Below are positions 62,801 to 64,000 of a DNA stretch of 64,000 nt, piece by piece (positions within the stretch are counted from its first letter, which is position 1; each line of letters begins with the position of its first letter). The DNA is taken from assembly GCA_964057225.1 (NCBI GenBank), contig OZ059900.1, forward strand, positions 6,634,001 to 6,698,000, read 5' to 3'. The notes beneath the pieces were generated by a model. That model saw only the letters and a program-made list of their open reading frames with translations, had not been told where the DNA came from and did not search any database. Origin of the DNA: Auanema rhodensis (lineage: Eukaryota; Animalia; Nematoda). The position numbers were made by a program, and so were the translations under genes.

Positions 62801-64000
62801 AAGCATGGAAAATATAATTTTTATTGAACTGAAATACTATTTTTCTCCAGAGAAATAGAGAAAATGAATAAGAAAAGAAGCAGAAAATGGATGTGAATAG
62901 ATGCATATGTATATTGACTAAACAAGATGAACAAGTAAATGAAGCCAACACATCCTAGGGAATTCAAGTAGCTAAAAAGAATAGAAAAGATATTGGATAA
63001 CGTGATCGTTTAAGTTTCCAAAATGCTTATGAAGGGCAACTGTAGTATAAAGTCTAAATGAAGTCATCAACAATAAAATGGAATTAGAATGGATGATGCA
63101 AAAATGATTTCCGCTTGATTGTCAATATTTAATGATATACCAAATCTTTATAGCCAAATTCTAACAAGCAAATGAACAACATTTGTTGTATGCAGAAGAA
63201 ATCAGGATAAAATTACAAGAATAGAATTGAAAGCATGAGAATATGAACTGCAATTTTAAAATAGAAATCATTTTTTAATTTGAAGTTTGAAAATAACATG
63301 TTCACTAATATTTAGAAAATTAATCAAAAGAGAGATCAGACCAAATCTGTGAGAAAAGGAAAAAGAATCATTGAGTCATATTGTTAAGTTGCTAGCTGCT
63401 TCCAAGTTTTTAACATGGCTAGCAGCTCTTATGAAAAATGAAAAGTTTTTATAATTCCTTTTTCACTCAAAACTTCAACTCAATATCGATTTATTGAAAA
63501 ATAGACGATGAGAAAGTGCAGACATTATTAATAGAATAAGATTTTGAAATATATCTTCCTAGTTGTTAGACTATCTCAGAACGCGTAAGCTTGAGATCAT
63601 GCTGTCGATTGTAACGGCAATGCCCTTCGTCATTAAGTCAGCCCAATTCGTTTATGTGGTCACTCGTCAAATCGACGAACCACGATGAAGAATGGGGCAG
63701 AAAGCTGGAAAAGCATGAGAAAGGCTATAGAAGCTAACGACGGAGCATAAAAGGAGATGGTGTTGCACAGCTGACGAGAAAAGGAAAGCGAGAGAGAAAG
63801 GAAACAAAAGAGAAAAGAGATGAAAAAGAGAGAATATATTGCAATGACGTACCAAGATGAAAAGATGAAGGACAGATGTCAGTTTTGCCTTTTTTCCTCA
63901 CTGTGTATCGATGAAAAGTAGAGTTGGGTTGAAGACAAGGTTGTGAGTACCATACCATAAACTCTAGCATTTTTCACTCTTTTTTAAAACTTTTCTCACA

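Noticed and set aside
1-64000. CRISPR arrays, rRNA, prokaryotic operons, intact transposase or reverse transcriptase
   Set aside because: There is no regularly spaced repeat array and no long intronless ORF; the sequence is spliced eukaryotic DNA.

Overview
AT-rich eukaryotic genomic DNA, almost certainly from a nematode (42-60 nt introns, TTTCAG acceptors). The six-frame ORF track is mostly uninformative here, so the genes were rebuilt by hand from splice sites and reading-frame phase. There are three spliced protein-coding genes, all on the minus strand. (1) Syndapin/PACSIN (F-BAR + SH3): 11 coding exons, about 466 aa, 1552-3503. (2) Unkempt, a CCCH zinc-finger RNA-binding protein: 17 coding exons, about 685 aa, 10453-32557, with a 19 kb first intron. 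(3) A small coiled-coil protein with CCDC34/CCDC181/MAP9-like Trp motifs: 3 coding exons, about 162 aa, 53739-57147. Most of the interesting structure is at the unkempt locus: a set of phase-2 alternative first and cassette exons (two of which each encode the conserved EKPxH motif), a C-terminal half-RING that keeps only one Zn site, an apparently spliced and very long 3' UTR with a second open frame, and a candidate antisense small membrane-protein ORF nested in intron 1. Also seen: a duplicated perfect heat-shock element, a Pol III/tRNA-like element and several microsatellites. No prokaryotic features, CRISPR arrays, rRNA genes or intact transposases were found.
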